Origin: an uncultured Gemmatimonadales bacterium
GTDB taxonomy: Bacteria > Gemmatimonadota > Gemmatimonadetes > Longimicrobiales > RSA9
Length of the DNA stretch: 64,000 nucleotides
Direction: 5' to 3'
Assembly (NCBI GenBank): GCA_963708135.1
Contig: OY970192.1
Coordinates: 3,936,001-4,000,000, forward strand
Shown here in pieces: positions 1 through 11,635 of this stretch (positions are counted from its first letter, which is position 1; each line of letters starts with the position of its first letter). The translations under genes were made by a program, and so were the position numbers. The notes beneath the pieces were generated by a model. The model was not told the DNA's origin and searched no databases. It saw nothing but the letters and a program-made list of their open reading frames with translations.

Positions 1-333
1 GAGATCGTCGCATCCGCCGCGCGCCGCTTCACGGAGCTGCTGCACCGCCTGCCCGGCGTCCACCTCGACCCGGAGTGGAGCGACACGCGCCCGCGCATGA
101 GCTTCGGCCGCTCCGCCGGCCGCTGTCAGCCCAAGCTCTTCCTCGACGGTGTACCGGCCGCCACCACCGTCCGGATGCGCGCCGGGCGCCTTGACCTCCC
201 CCTCGACGACATCATCAGCGTGGACGACCTCGATGGCCTCGAGGTCTACAAGGGCGCCTCCGAGGTCCCCCTCGAGTTCGGCGGCGAGGCCGCCGGCTGC
301 GGCGCCCTCGTGGTCTGGACCCGCCGCAGGTAG
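1..333 (+). CDS. C-terminal part of a TonB-plug-like / carboxypeptidase-regulatory-domain protein (5' truncated)
   Basis: Frame open from base 1 (ELLHRLPGV...CQPKLFLDG...LDGLEVYKG.SEVPLEF....CGALVVWTRR), a plug-domain-like ending. Confidence 0.6.
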   Translation, partial: EIVASAARRFTELLHRLPGVHLDPEWSDTRPRMSFGRSAGRCQPKLFLDGVPAATTVRMRAGRLDLPLDDIISVDDLDGLEVYKGASEVPLEFGGEAAGCGALVVWTRRR

Positions 334-418
334 CATCCCCGGCGCCGGGACGCCGCCACTGCCCGCGACCGCGACGCCGCGACGAAGCCCACCCACTCTC
401 CCACTCTCCCACTCCCCC

Positions 419-432
419 GGTGCATCACTTGC
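419..432 (+). promoter_or_regulatory. candidate sigma-54 -24/-12 promoter
   Basis: GG-TGCATCACTT-GC(A), about 35 nt before the TTG at 467. Confidence 0.4.
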
Positions 433-466
433 ATGCCCTCCGCCGCGACCTCACCAGGGGGCACGA

Positions 467-1531
467 TTGGTCCTGAAGCACTTCATGGAGCGCGAGGAAC
501 GGCGGCGCAGGCGTGCGCTCCTGGCGCCTTCGCGACGCTGGCGTCTCGGCACGACGGGCCGGCTCGCGCTCGCGGCGCTCGCGCTGATCGCCCTCGCGTT
601 CGCGGTGCTCGGGCGGCACGGCCCCGGCCGCGCCCAGCAGGCCGTGCTCTCGTACGCGAGGTCCGGGCATCGGCCGGCCCTGGATCTGGTACTGGCCGGC
701 GCGCGCGCGCACCGCATCGTGGTCCTCGGGGGGGAGCCGGACGCGCCCGCGGCCCGTCGCTTCGCCGCCGAGGTGGTGCAGACGATGGCGAAGGGCCCGG
801 GGCTCGACGTGCTCGCGGTGCCCGTGAGCGCGGACGCGCAGCCGGCGCTCGACCGGTTCGTGAACGCGCCCCGGGAGGACGCGGGCATCCTGCTCGCCGA
901 TCCCGCGGCGCTCGGCGCTTCCACGGGCGGCAACGGTCTGCTGGACCTCTATCGCGCGGTACGGCGCCTGAACGACGAGCTCGGCGCCGATCGCCGGATC
1001 CGCATCCTCGCCGCCGACCTGCCCGCGTGGGCGGCCGGCCGGCCGCTCTCGCCCCATGCCGCGGTCCAGCTCTACGCCGAGCGCGACGCCTTCATGACCA
1101 ACCGCATCGAGGCCGACGTCTTCGAGCGCGAGCCGACCGCGCGCATCCTCGTCTTCGGCGACGGACTCCACGCGCTGCGCGGCTGGGCTACCGCGGCGAC
1201 CGGCGGCGGCCGGCCGCTGCCCTTCAACTGGCTGGCCGCCCACCTCGAGAAGCGACACCCGGGCGATGTGTTCTCGGTGCTGACGGACGCGCCGGAGGCG
1301 GCCGGCGCCGCTCCCCGCGTTGCGCGCTACCGGGGAACCCGCCTCTACCCGGTGCTGCGCGATGGCGGCGGCCTGCCGGCTTCGTTCGGGCTCTCCATCG
1401 ACGCCCACCTCGACGCACTCGAGCAGCCGATCCGGGTGGCCACCGCGGCCGGTGTGGAGCTGACCCTCCAGCCGCCGGATGCCCACCTCTCGCAGATGGC
1501 CGATGTCTACGTCTTCCTGGGCGGGCGCTGA
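467..1531 (+). CDS. membrane-anchored hypothetical protein (possibly ChaN/EreA-like fold)
   Basis: TTG start after CAGGGGG; basic N-terminus, one TM helix, then globular sequence (HRIVVLGGE, ARILVFGDGLH). Confidence 0.55.
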   Translation: MVLKHFMEREERRRRRALLAPSRRWRLGTTGRLALAALALIALAFAVLGRHGPGRAQQAVLSYARSGHRPALDLVLAGARAHRIVVLGGEPDAPAARRFAAEVVQTMAKGPGLDVLAVPVSADAQPALDRFVNAPREDAGILLADPAALGASTGGNGLLDLYRAVRRLNDELGADRRIRILAADLPAWAAGRPLSPHAAVQLYAERDAFMTNRIEADVFEREPTARILVFGDGLHALRGWATAATGGGRPLPFNWLAAHLEKRHPGDVFSVLTDAPEAAGAAPRVARYRGTRLYPVLRDGGGLPASFGLSIDAHLDALEQPIRVATAAGVELTLQPPDAHLSQMADVYVFLGGR

Positions 1532-1600
1532 CGGGTCTGCCTCTTGCACCCGCCCCCGGCCGCACGCCATCTCCATCCACCCGCGCAGCGGAGGACCCCG

Positions 1601-2116
1601 ATGGACGACGACGCGGAGCTCACCTTCACCGCGCTCCACTGGATGGCCGCCGGTCTCTTCCTCGCCGCGGGCGCCGGTGCCACCCTCGCGCGCCGGCCGG
1701 GCCGGCGCACCCTCGATGCGACGGCGCGCTGGGCCCCGCTCCTCGCCGCGCCGCTCGCCGGCGCCGCCCACGCCGCCCGCGCGCTACGCCCCACCTCCGC
1801 CACGCGGACCGTCGCTCGCGCGCTCGACGCCTCGGCCGTCGGGCTCGCGGCCAGCGGCATCGCATGGGGGCTCTATCGGGCGATCCCCGAAGAGCCCGGC
1901 CTCTGGCCGCGGCGGAGCCCCACGCCACTGCGCGCGCTGGCGGAGGCCGCCGCACCGCTGGCGTTCGGCGCCACGGGGGTGCTCGGGCTGCTGCTGGACA
2001 GGGAGGAGCGCGAGGAGGAGGCACTGCTGCGCCGCCTGGAGCGCCGCGCCAGGATGGTGGAGCGGCTGGTGCCGCGCCGCAGGCCGCGCCTGGACCACAT
2101 CGTGGTGCACGTCTGA
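1601..2116 (+). CDS. hypothetical membrane protein
   Basis: GGAGG RBS, several hydrophobic helices; candidate sigma-54 element at 1534-1547. Confidence 0.6.
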   Translation: MDDDAELTFTALHWMAAGLFLAAGAGATLARRPGRRTLDATARWAPLLAAPLAGAAHAARALRPTSATRTVARALDASAVGLAASGIAWGLYRAIPEEPGLWPRRSPTPLRALAEAAAPLAFGATGVLGLLLDREEREEEALLRRLERRARMVERLVPRRRPRLDHIVVHV

Positions 2117-2117
2117 G

Positions 2118-2333
2118 ATGGCCACCCTCAAGCTGCGCATCACCGGGCTCGCGACCGCGCAGGACGAGGCCAACCTCGAGGCCGCGCTCCGGGCGGAGGC
2201 GGGGGTGTTCGGCGCCGCCGCCAGCCGGGGGAGCGGCTGCGCGGAGATCGACTACGAGGACGACGAGGTCGCCATCGAGCGCCTCATCGCCCTCGTCGAG
2301 CAGGCCGGCTTCGGCGCCCGGCTGGCCGGTTAG
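2118..2333 (+). CDS. HMA-fold-like small protein lacking CxxC
   Basis: MATLKLRITGLATAQDEANLEAAL...GV...IDYE...LIALVEQAGF matches the HMA pattern; CxxC is replaced by TAQD. Confidence 0.65.
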   Translation: MATLKLRITGLATAQDEANLEAALRAEAGVFGAAASRGSGCAEIDYEDDEVAIERLIALVEQAGFGARLAG

Positions 2334-2584
2334 CCGCCTTCGCCCGAACCGCCCCCGCGCCGGGCGGGGGGGACGTCCTGCACCCGCTCGACCTCCTCGA
2401 CCAGCTGGGCCATCAGCTTTTCCATCTGGTGCCGGTTCATCAGCGTGGCCAGGTGGCCGACCAGCCCTAGCGCCAGCGTGGCGCGATCCGGCACCGTCAG
2501 CCGCTCGCGCGCCTGGGCGAGGATCTCGCGGATCGCCGCGTGGTCCGTCGAGCCGGACTCGGTCGTCCGCGACGGCGCGGTCAC
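2330..2584 (-). CDS. hypothetical helical protein, last gene of the cop operon
   Basis: GTG overlaps the copZ stop (GTGA); 84 aa amphipathic sequence. Confidence 0.55.
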   Translation of the reverse strand: MTAPSRTTESGSTDHAAIREILAQARERLTVPDRATLALGLVGHLATLMNRHQMEKLMAQLVEEVERVQDVPPARRGGGSGEGG

Positions 2585-2796
2585 GCCGCCTCCTCCGCCG
2601 TGTAGCCCTCCTCCAGCACCGCGCCGACCAGCGCCCGCGTGTCTGCCCGGCTCTCGTCGTAGTCCACCACCGCCCGACCCTGCTCCAGGTCCACCCGCGC
2701 GTCCTGCACGCCCGGCACCCCCTCGAGCGCCTCGGTCACGGCCTTCACGCAGTGGCCGCACGTCATCCCGCCAATCTTCAGCGTCGTCGTCGTCAT
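2581..2796 (-). CDS. copZ: copper chaperone CopZ
   Basis: GMTCGHC motif, 71 aa HMA domain. Confidence 0.92.
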   Translation of the reverse strand: MTTTTLKIGGMTCGHCVKAVTEALEGVPGVQDARVDLEQGRAVVDYDESRADTRALVGAVLEEGYTAEEAA

Positions 2797-2839
2797 GGCT
2801 CCAGCTCCGTTGTGGTTCCGGGGGCAGCGGGGCTCCCGC

Positions 2840-2925
2840 CTACCTGCTCCCCCTGCCGAGGAAATACCAGTTCACCCACGCGATGGCGAGGATCCCCGCC
2901 GCCGTGACCAGCACCTGCGCGAGCG

Positions 2926-2929
<4 letters not shown>
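2840..2929 (-). CDS. 29-aa single-TM peptide [29 protein letters not shown]
   Basis: ATGA overlap with the copA stop, AGGAGG RBS upstream, hydrophobic helix; below the ORF-track cutoff. Confidence 0.65.
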
Positions 2930-5637
<2,708 letters not shown>

Positions 5638-5645
5638 CGCTCCCC

Positions 5646-5999
5646 CTACCTCGCGTGCTTGTACATCAGGTCCAGCACCTCCTGGTACGCCCGCTCCGCG
5701 GCCAGCGAGTCCCCGGACCGCAGCGCGTCCGTCACGCAGTGCTCCAGGTGGTTGCGCATCACCAGCTTGCCCACCGAGCGCAGCGCCTCGTGCACGGATG
5801 AGATCTGCATCAGGATGTCCGCGCAGTAGCGCCCGTCCTCCACCATCCGCGCCAGCCCGCGCACCTGCCCTTCGATCCGCCGCAGCCGCCTGAGCGCCTG
5901 CTCCTGCAGCGCAGGATCGACTCCGCCGGCCGCGTGTCCCGGCCCGACGTCGTCGCCCGGCTGCCCCATTGCCGGCGCACCACCGTTCGGCGCCTCCAT
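5646..5999 (-). CDS. csoR: CsoR-family copper-sensing repressor
   Basis: [11 protein letters not shown]...RYCADIL...HLEHC (C-H-C ligand set), directly upstream of copA. Confidence 0.9.
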   Translation of the reverse strand: MEAPNGGAPAMGQPGDDVGPGHAAGGVDPALQEQALRRLRRIEGQVRGLARMVEDGRYCADILMQISSVHEALRSVGKLVMRNHLEHCVTDALRSGDSLAAERAYQEVLDLMYKHAR

Positions 6000-6082
6000 G
6001 GGATACCCCCCTTCCCTATAGGTCCTCCCGCAGAATAGCGGACCGCGACGGACGCGTCAAGGCCGCCGCCCCGTGGCCTGGT

Positions 6083-6517
6083 CTAGGCCGGACCGAAGCT
6101 CTGGTCGATCGCCACCCGGATCTGCTCGAGGGTCTTGCCCTCCTTGTGGAGCTTGTAGGCCAGACGTGCCTCATCGAGGCAGATGTCGCAGCCGGCGGCG
6201 TGCTCGCTCTCGAAGCAAGTGAGCAGGGAGTAGTGGCCGAAGTTGTGCTCGCAGTAGCAGTAGCAGAACAGTCCGTCGAGCACCTCCGGGATCTCGCGCG
6301 CCATCTCGTACGTCTCGGCGATCCGGGGGTCGCCGGCGAAATCGCTGGCGGGCAGCACCTTCGCGGCCGTGACGCCGGGCCGCGGGGTCGGATGCTGCGC
6401 CTCGGCCGTCCCCGGCGAGACCAGCCGCCATCCGATGGCGAGGAGCAGCACGCCCAGGAGCACGAGGATGGGGGTTGGAACGGCCGGCTTCCGGCCGGCA
6501 CGGCGGTTTTGGGCCAT
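6083..6517 (-). CDS. PCYCGC-motif-like exported Cys/His-rich protein
   Basis: Signal anchor, then FCYCYC...GHYSLLTCF...HAAGCDIC; AAGGAGG RBS. Confidence 0.8.
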   Translation of the reverse strand: MAQNRRAGRKPAVPTPILVLLGVLLLAIGWRLVSPGTAEAQHPTPRPGVTAAKVLPASDFAGDPRIAETYEMAREIPEVLDGLFCYCYCEHNFGHYSLLTCFESEHAAGCDICLDEARLAYKLHKEGKTLEQIRVAIDQSFGPA

Positions 6518-6692
6518 GGTTCTGGCCTCCTTTCCGTGGGATGAGTTGGGCGCTCGCGCGCCGGGTGGAAGCGTCCCGGCGCTCCCGCGCCCCAGGCCGA
6601 CTGAAATATCGGTTCCCCGCCTGCCCACCCGACAGTCGGGATTTCCCGACCATGAAGTGGGGAAACCCCCGCGTCCCCCCCCGGAGGCACCC

Positions 6693-6734
6693 CTCCGCGC
6701 TTTCGCGAACCTCCCGCGCCTCCGCGAGAGAGAG
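6693..6734 (+). repeat. dispersed intergenic repeat (copy 1)
   Basis: 37/42 identical to the reverse complement of 46282-46323. Confidence 0.65.
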
Positions 6735-6811
6735 TCCGACGACGAATCGTCCTCGCGCGAGGAAGCCCGTCTGCCGCCTTCTGGCACGGAGCGTGAACCC
6801 TGCCCCGGGCG

Positions 6812-7825
6812 ATGTCAGGATCGAACGGGAACGAGGGATGGTGGCGCCGGGTCGGGTCGCCGGAGGAGGGCTTCCGGTACCTGCGGGTCCGGGGCGGCGA
6901 GCTGGCGTGGGAGGCGGGGCTCGAGCGGATCCGCTCGCTGGCGATACCTCCGGCCTGGAGTGACGTGCACATCGCGCCGACATCGAAGCGGAAGCTACAG
7001 GCGTGGGGGCGGGACCAGGCGGGGCGAAAGCAGTACATCTACAGCGCCGAGCACGTGGAGCGGCGGGACCGGCGGAAGTGGAACCGGGTGCTGGAGTACG
7101 CGCGCCATCTGCCGCAGCTGCGGGAGGCGACGAGCCGCGATCTGGAGCGGCCATCGCTCGACCGCCGCAAGGTGCTGGCGACGGTGGTGCGGCTGATCTC
7201 GCGCGCGTACTTCCGCGCGGGCAGCGAGCGCTACGCGGTGCGCAACCGCACCTTCGGCATCTGCACGCTCGGGAAGCGACACGTGGAGGTCCGCGGCGAG
7301 AACCTGGTCTTCACGTATGCGGGCAAGCAGAGCAAGGACCAGCGGCAGTTCGTGGCCGAGACGCCGCTGGTCGAGATCATCGAGGAGCTGATGGAGCTTC
7401 CCGGCGAGCGCCTCTTCCGCTATCGCGCGGAGGAGGGCGAGCTGCGCGACGTAACGGCGGCGCGGGTGAACCGCTACCTGAAGGAGATCCTCGGCGAGCG
7501 CTACACGTCGAAGGATCTGCGCACCTTCGGCGGCACCGTGCGCGCGGCCACGATCCTTGCCGACATCGGGCCCGCGGCCCGCAAGCGTGACGCGCACCGC
7601 AACGTCGTGCTGTGCTGCAAGCTGGTGGCGACGGACCTCGGCAACACGCCCTCCATCTGCCGGCAGGCCTACATCCACCCCGCCGTGCTGGAGGAGTACG
7701 AGGCGAACGGCCGCACCATCGAGGCGCTGATGCGCGGCGCGCCGCGGGCCGTTCCCGCCCGCGAGGCGGCGACGTACTATCCCGAGGAAGCTGCACTCAT
7801 GCGATTCCTGGAGCGGTACGGATGA
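6812..7825 (+). CDS. bacterial DNA topoisomerase IB
   Basis: IPPAW, GRKQYIY, RAGSERY, GK, SKDLRTFG, LGNTPSICRQAY motifs. Confidence 0.93.
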   Translation: MSGSNGNEGWWRRVGSPEEGFRYLRVRGGELAWEAGLERIRSLAIPPAWSDVHIAPTSKRKLQAWGRDQAGRKQYIYSAEHVERRDRRKWNRVLEYARHLPQLREATSRDLERPSLDRRKVLATVVRLISRAYFRAGSERYAVRNRTFGICTLGKRHVEVRGENLVFTYAGKQSKDQRQFVAETPLVEIIEELMELPGERLFRYRAEEGELRDVTAARVNRYLKEILGERYTSKDLRTFGGTVRAATILADIGPAARKRDAHRNVVLCCKLVATDLGNTPSICRQAYIHPAVLEEYEANGRTIEALMRGAPRAVPAREAATYYPEEAALMRFLERYG

Positions 7826-9072
7826 GCGGAGGCGGGGTCGGCGGGCGGCGGAAGGACGAGCGCAGGCGCACGCGCCGCGCGTGGAGCCAGGTGGTCGCGG
7901 GCGGCGGGCGGCGGCTGCGCGGCATCTCGCGCGTGGTGCAGCGGGGGCTCCGCCGGATCACCGAGGCGCCTCTCATCCACGGCAACGCCGCCGAGCTGTT
8001 GGTGGACGCGCCCATTGTCTATCCGCGCATGCTCGAGATGATCGCGTCGGCCGAGCGCTCCGTCTGCTTCGAGAACTACATCGTCCACGGCGACGACAGC
8101 GGCGTCGCGTTCCTCGCCGCCCTCACCGAGCGCGCTGCCGCCGGCGTCGCCGTGCGCGTCGTCTACGACTGGTTCGGCTCCTTCGGCACCTCCCGCTCCT
8201 TCTGGAAGCCGCTCCGCTCGGCCGGAGGCGTGGTGCGCACCTTCGGCCCTCCCTCTCCACTCCGCCCGGGCACGTTCCTGCGTCGCGACCACCGCAAGCT
8301 CATGGTCGTCAACGGCAGGGCCGGTGTGGTCGGCGGGCTCTGCGTCGGCGACGAGTGGGTCAACGACCACGGCCTCGGCTGCTGGCGCGACACCGCCGTG
8401 CTCGTCGAGGGACCGGTCGGCCACGAGCTGGAGCGCGCCTTCGCCCGCATGTGGCGGCGCGCCGGCGGCGAGATGCCGGACCCATCCGATGCGCCGCCGG
8501 CGCGCGCGGGCAATGTGGCCGTGCGCGTCGTGGACGGGCCTCCCGCCCACGCCCGCGCCTACCGCCTCTACCAGCTGCTTGCCGCCCTCGCCGAGCGAAC
8601 GCTCTACGTCACCGGCGCCTATCCGCTGGCGCCCTCTTCGCTGCGGCGGGCGCTGGCTTCCGCCGCCCGCGCGGGCGTGGACGTCCGACTGCTCGTGCCG
8701 GACCGCTCCGATCTGCGGCTGCTGAACGGCGCCGCCCGCGCCCATTTCACCTCGCTGCTGCGCGCCGGCGTCCGCATCTATCTCTGGCGCGGCCCGATGC
8801 TGCACGCCAAGACGCTCGTCGTGGATGGCGCGCTCGGGCTCGTGGGCTCGAGCAACCTCAACCCGTTCAGCCTGATGGGCTGCTACGAGCTCGATCTCGA
8901 GCTGCAGGGGGTGGAGGTCGCGGGACAGCTGGAGGGACAGTTCCTTCGAGACCTCGACCGCGCCGAAGAGCTCACGCTCGAGGCGTGGCGCCACCGCACG
9001 ACCGGCGAGCGGCTGCGCGAGCGGCTCGGCGCCGCCGCCCTCTGGCTGCCCTACAAGCTCTACAGCGGCTGA
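7822..9072 (+). CDS. cls: cardiolipin synthase-like phospholipase D
   Basis: Two HKD-type motifs (RDHRKLMVVN, MLHAKTLVVD); ATGA overlap with topoisomerase IB. Confidence 0.88.
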   Translation: MSGGGVGGRRKDERRRTRRAWSQVVAGGGRRLRGISRVVQRGLRRITEAPLIHGNAAELLVDAPIVYPRMLEMIASAERSVCFENYIVHGDDSGVAFLAALTERAAAGVAVRVVYDWFGSFGTSRSFWKPLRSAGGVVRTFGPPSPLRPGTFLRRDHRKLMVVNGRAGVVGGLCVGDEWVNDHGLGCWRDTAVLVEGPVGHELERAFARMWRRAGGEMPDPSDAPPARAGNVAVRVVDGPPAHARAYRLYQLLAALAERTLYVTGAYPLAPSSLRRALASAARAGVDVRLLVPDRSDLRLLNGAARAHFTSLLRAGVRIYLWRGPMLHAKTLVVDGALGLVGSSNLNPFSLMGCYELDLELQGVEVAGQLEGQFLRDLDRAEELTLEAWRHRTTGERLRERLGAAALWLPYKLYSG

Positions 9073-9091
9073 AGCGACGCCGCCATGCACC

Positions 9092-9982
9092 TCAGGACAC
9101 GCGGTCCGTGGCCCGCCTCCCCGCGCGCGGCCCGCGCCGCCGCTCGCCGCGCACGGCGCCCGGCGAGGCCGGCGGGGCGGCAGCGGCGGGCGGGGACGCG
9201 GCCGCGCCCCCGTCGCCTTCCGGCTGCCGCCGCCGCTCAGGCGCGCGCGTAGTCCACACGCGGTAGGCGCCGATCCCCGCCGCGCGCAGGAGCGGGTAGG
9301 CGACGTTGAAGACCGGGATCCCCGCGGGGGTCCGCCCTTCCGGGGTGCCGTGGTGCGCGTGGCCGTGGAAGATGACGGTCGCGCCGTGGGTCTCGAGTGG
9401 CGCCAGGTAGCGCGAGCAGCCGAGGAACGGGTAGATCTGCTTCGGCTCGCCCACCACCGTTTCCTCGATCGGCGCGTAGTGGAGCACGACGACCTTGATC
9501 TCCGTGTGCAGGTTCCGCAGCGCGTTCTCGAGGCGGAGCGCCTCGTCGATCGACTCCTGCACGAAGCGCTTGATCAACGGTTCCCCGAACGGCGCTAGAG
9601 AGCCGCGCCCGAAGCCGCCCGCGAAGCCCTTGCTGCCCACGAAGCCGATCCCGCCGAGCTCGATGCCGTCGCCGTCCAGGACGTGGACCCCGCCGTCGCG
9701 CAGGATCCGGCGCACCTCGACGTCCTCGCCGCTCTCGCAGTCGTGGTTGCCGAGCACGGCGACGATCGGGACCTGCACGCCCGCGAGCTCCTCCACCAGC
9801 ACCTTCGCCTCCGCGGCGCGGCCGCGCGTGGTGAGGTCGCCGGCAAGGACGAGATAGTCCGCGGCCGCGTTGATGCCGGCGAGCACGTCGAGCAACTCGC
9901 CCCGGTTCGACTCATCGACGTGGAGGTCGCCCACCGCGGCGATGCGGACCTCGCGCCGCTCCCGCGTCAAGTCACGCTGCAT
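9092..9982 (-). CDS. calcineurin-like metallophosphoesterase
   Basis: GDLH, AGDL, GNHD, HYAP, HGHAH motifs. Confidence 0.9.
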   Translation of the reverse strand: MQRDLTRERREVRIAAVGDLHVDESNRGELLDVLAGINAAADYLVLAGDLTTRGRAAEAKVLVEELAGVQVPIVAVLGNHDCESGEDVEVRRILRDGGVHVLDGDGIELGGIGFVGSKGFAGGFGRGSLAPFGEPLIKRFVQESIDEALRLENALRNLHTEIKVVVLHYAPIEETVVGEPKQIYPFLGCSRYLAPLETHGATVIFHGHAHHGTPEGRTPAGIPVFNVAYPLLRAAGIGAYRVWTTRAPERRRQPEGDGGAAASPPAAAAPPASPGAVRGERRRGPRAGRRATDRVS

Positions 9983-10886
9983 GGCTCGGCTGCTTCTCCT
10001 CCCAGATCTCGCTCTCCGCGATGGCGCGGACCTCCGGGTGCTCCCGTACCACCGCCACCGCCTCCGCGCGCGGATCGTGGAACCCCCACTCGTTGACGTC
10101 GATGGCGAAGGAGAACCCCGAGATCATGGTGCCCGCGCACAGTGCCGGATCGCCGGCCTCGCCGACCGCCTCGTACGCGCGCTCGTAGAGCTCCTCGCGC
10201 ACCCAGTTCGGGATGCGGCCGCGGTGGCCGGGGTAGACGTAGTCGAAGAGGTGAAGCTGCGCGAGCAGCAGCCGCCAGTTCTTCGCCACCCTGCCGAGCA
10301 GCCGCTCCCAGTCCAGCTCGTCGCCCCGACAGAGGATCAGGTGCACCACGTCCGCCATGTCCCAGCGGTGGCGCTCCGACACGAACAGCCGGTGCCAGAT
10401 CAGCTCCTCGGGCGGCGCGATCCGCACCGGCACCGCCGCCAGGATGCCGGCCCGCGAGTGCGTGTACCACGCCTCGTCCAGCAGGTCGAGGCCGTTGCCC
10501 ATGCCGTAGATCAGGTCCACCAGCTTGCCGTCCGCCCACGCCTTGGCCAGCCAGTGCGGCTGCTCCAGGTGGACGTGAAAGCCGGCCTCTTTCAGCGCGG
10601 CCGCGGCCGGCAGCACGTTGCGCGGCTCGAAGAAGAGGTCGAGGTCCTTCGTCTTCCTGTAGATCCCCGTGTACTCGTAGATCGCGTACAGCCCGCTCAC
10701 GATGAACGGCACGCCCGCCTGCGAGAGCGCCCGCAGCGCCCGCTGGTAGACGCGCCGCTCCTCGTCGGGGATCCAGAACTCGCCGTGGGTCAGCGACTTC
10801 TGCTCCTCGCGCGTCAGCTCCGGCGCCTCCCGCGCGCCCGTGCCGGCGGGCGGCGCGGGTCCCCTCGGCTCAGCTTCCAAAACCAT
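9972..10886 (-). CDS. nucleotidyltransferase-family protein
   Basis: SGLYA...TKDLDL pol-beta-like DxD motif; overlaps the phosphoesterase start. Confidence 0.85.
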   Translation of the reverse strand: MVLEAEPRGPAPPAGTGAREAPELTREEQKSLTHGEFWIPDEERRVYQRALRALSQAGVPFIVSGLYAIYEYTGIYRKTKDLDLFFEPRNVLPAAAALKEAGFHVHLEQPHWLAKAWADGKLVDLIYGMGNGLDLLDEAWYTHSRAGILAAVPVRIAPPEELIWHRLFVSERHRWDMADVVHLILCRGDELDWERLLGRVAKNWRLLLAQLHLFDYVYPGHRGRIPNWVREELYERAYEAVGEAGDPALCAGTMISGFSFAIDVNEWGFHDPRAEAVAVVREHPEVRAIAESEIWEEKQPSHAA

Positions 10887-10917
10887 CCCTCCCGTCGATC
10901 CGCATGCCGTTGCGGGA

Positions 10918-10931
10918 GCAAGGTTTGGGCC
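10918..10931 (-). promoter_or_regulatory. candidate sigma-54 promoter for the NTase-phosphoesterase pair
   Basis: Minus strand reads GG-CCCAAACCTT-GC(T). Confidence 0.5.
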
Positions 10932-10972
10932 GCGCTACCGCCACTCCCGCCGAGGCGTTAGCTTGTGCGGCG

Positions 10973-11620
10973 ATGCCCGACTGGAAGAAGGTGTGGAACG
11001 AGGCGGTGGAGAACTTCTACCGCGAGCTGGGCGAGGACGAGGACGGCGGCCCGGCGCGCACGCGCGCCATGCGCCGCGAGCTCGATGCCGCCCGCCACGA
11101 AGTCGAGCGCCTGGAGGCGGAGACCGCCGACGCGGCGCGTGGCGCGGCCGAGGAGCGCGCGGAGGAGGCCGTGTGCCAGCGTCGCCGGGCCCAGGCGGAG
11201 CGCATCGAGGATGCCGAAACCGTCCGCCTGGCCATCGCCTGGGCCATCCGCCACGCCCGCCGTGCCGCCGTGCTCGACCGCAAGACCGAGGTGCTGCGCG
11301 CCGAGCTCGAGCTGCGCCGCGCCGACCTCGCCGAGATGGAGGAGGCCCTCGGCGCGCTCTCCTCCGGAGAGGACGCCGCCACCGGCTCCATGGGCTCTGG
11401 CCCAGTGGACGAATCGAGCCGAGGCACGGGTCCGGCCAGCGGCGGGAGCGCGGGCGAGGATCGGACGGGCGCTCCGGGCGGCGGCCCTCCGCCCCGGGAC
11501 CTCTTCGAGGAGGAGCGCCTGCGTCAGGAGCGCGAGCGGGAGTTCCGGCGCCTCGATCGCGAGGCGCGGGAGCGTGCGGCGGAGGCCCGCCTCGAGGAGC
11601 TCAAGCGAAAGATGCGCTGA
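10973..11620 (+). CDS. coiled-coil protein, PspA/IM30-like
   Basis: Long A/E/R heptad helices ending in AEARLEELKRKM. Confidence 0.6.
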   Translation: MPDWKKVWNEAVENFYRELGEDEDGGPARTRAMRRELDAARHEVERLEAETADAARGAAEERAEEAVCQRRRAQAERIEDAETVRLAIAWAIRHARRAAVLDRKTEVLRAELELRRADLAEMEEALGALSSGEDAATGSMGSGPVDESSRGTGPASGGSAGEDRTGAPGGGPPPRDLFEEERLRQEREREFRRLDREARERAAEARLEELKRKMR

Positions 11621-11635
11621 GGCGCTGAGCTCCGC

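Noticed and set aside
433..2907. Long R/A/P/G-rich alternative-frame ORFs here and throughout the window
   Set aside because: Expected from stop-codon scarcity at very high GC; each overlaps a better-supported gene.
6812..7825. Phage integrase / prophage boundary
   Set aside because: Motifs are those of topoisomerase IB; no phage genes or att sites nearby.
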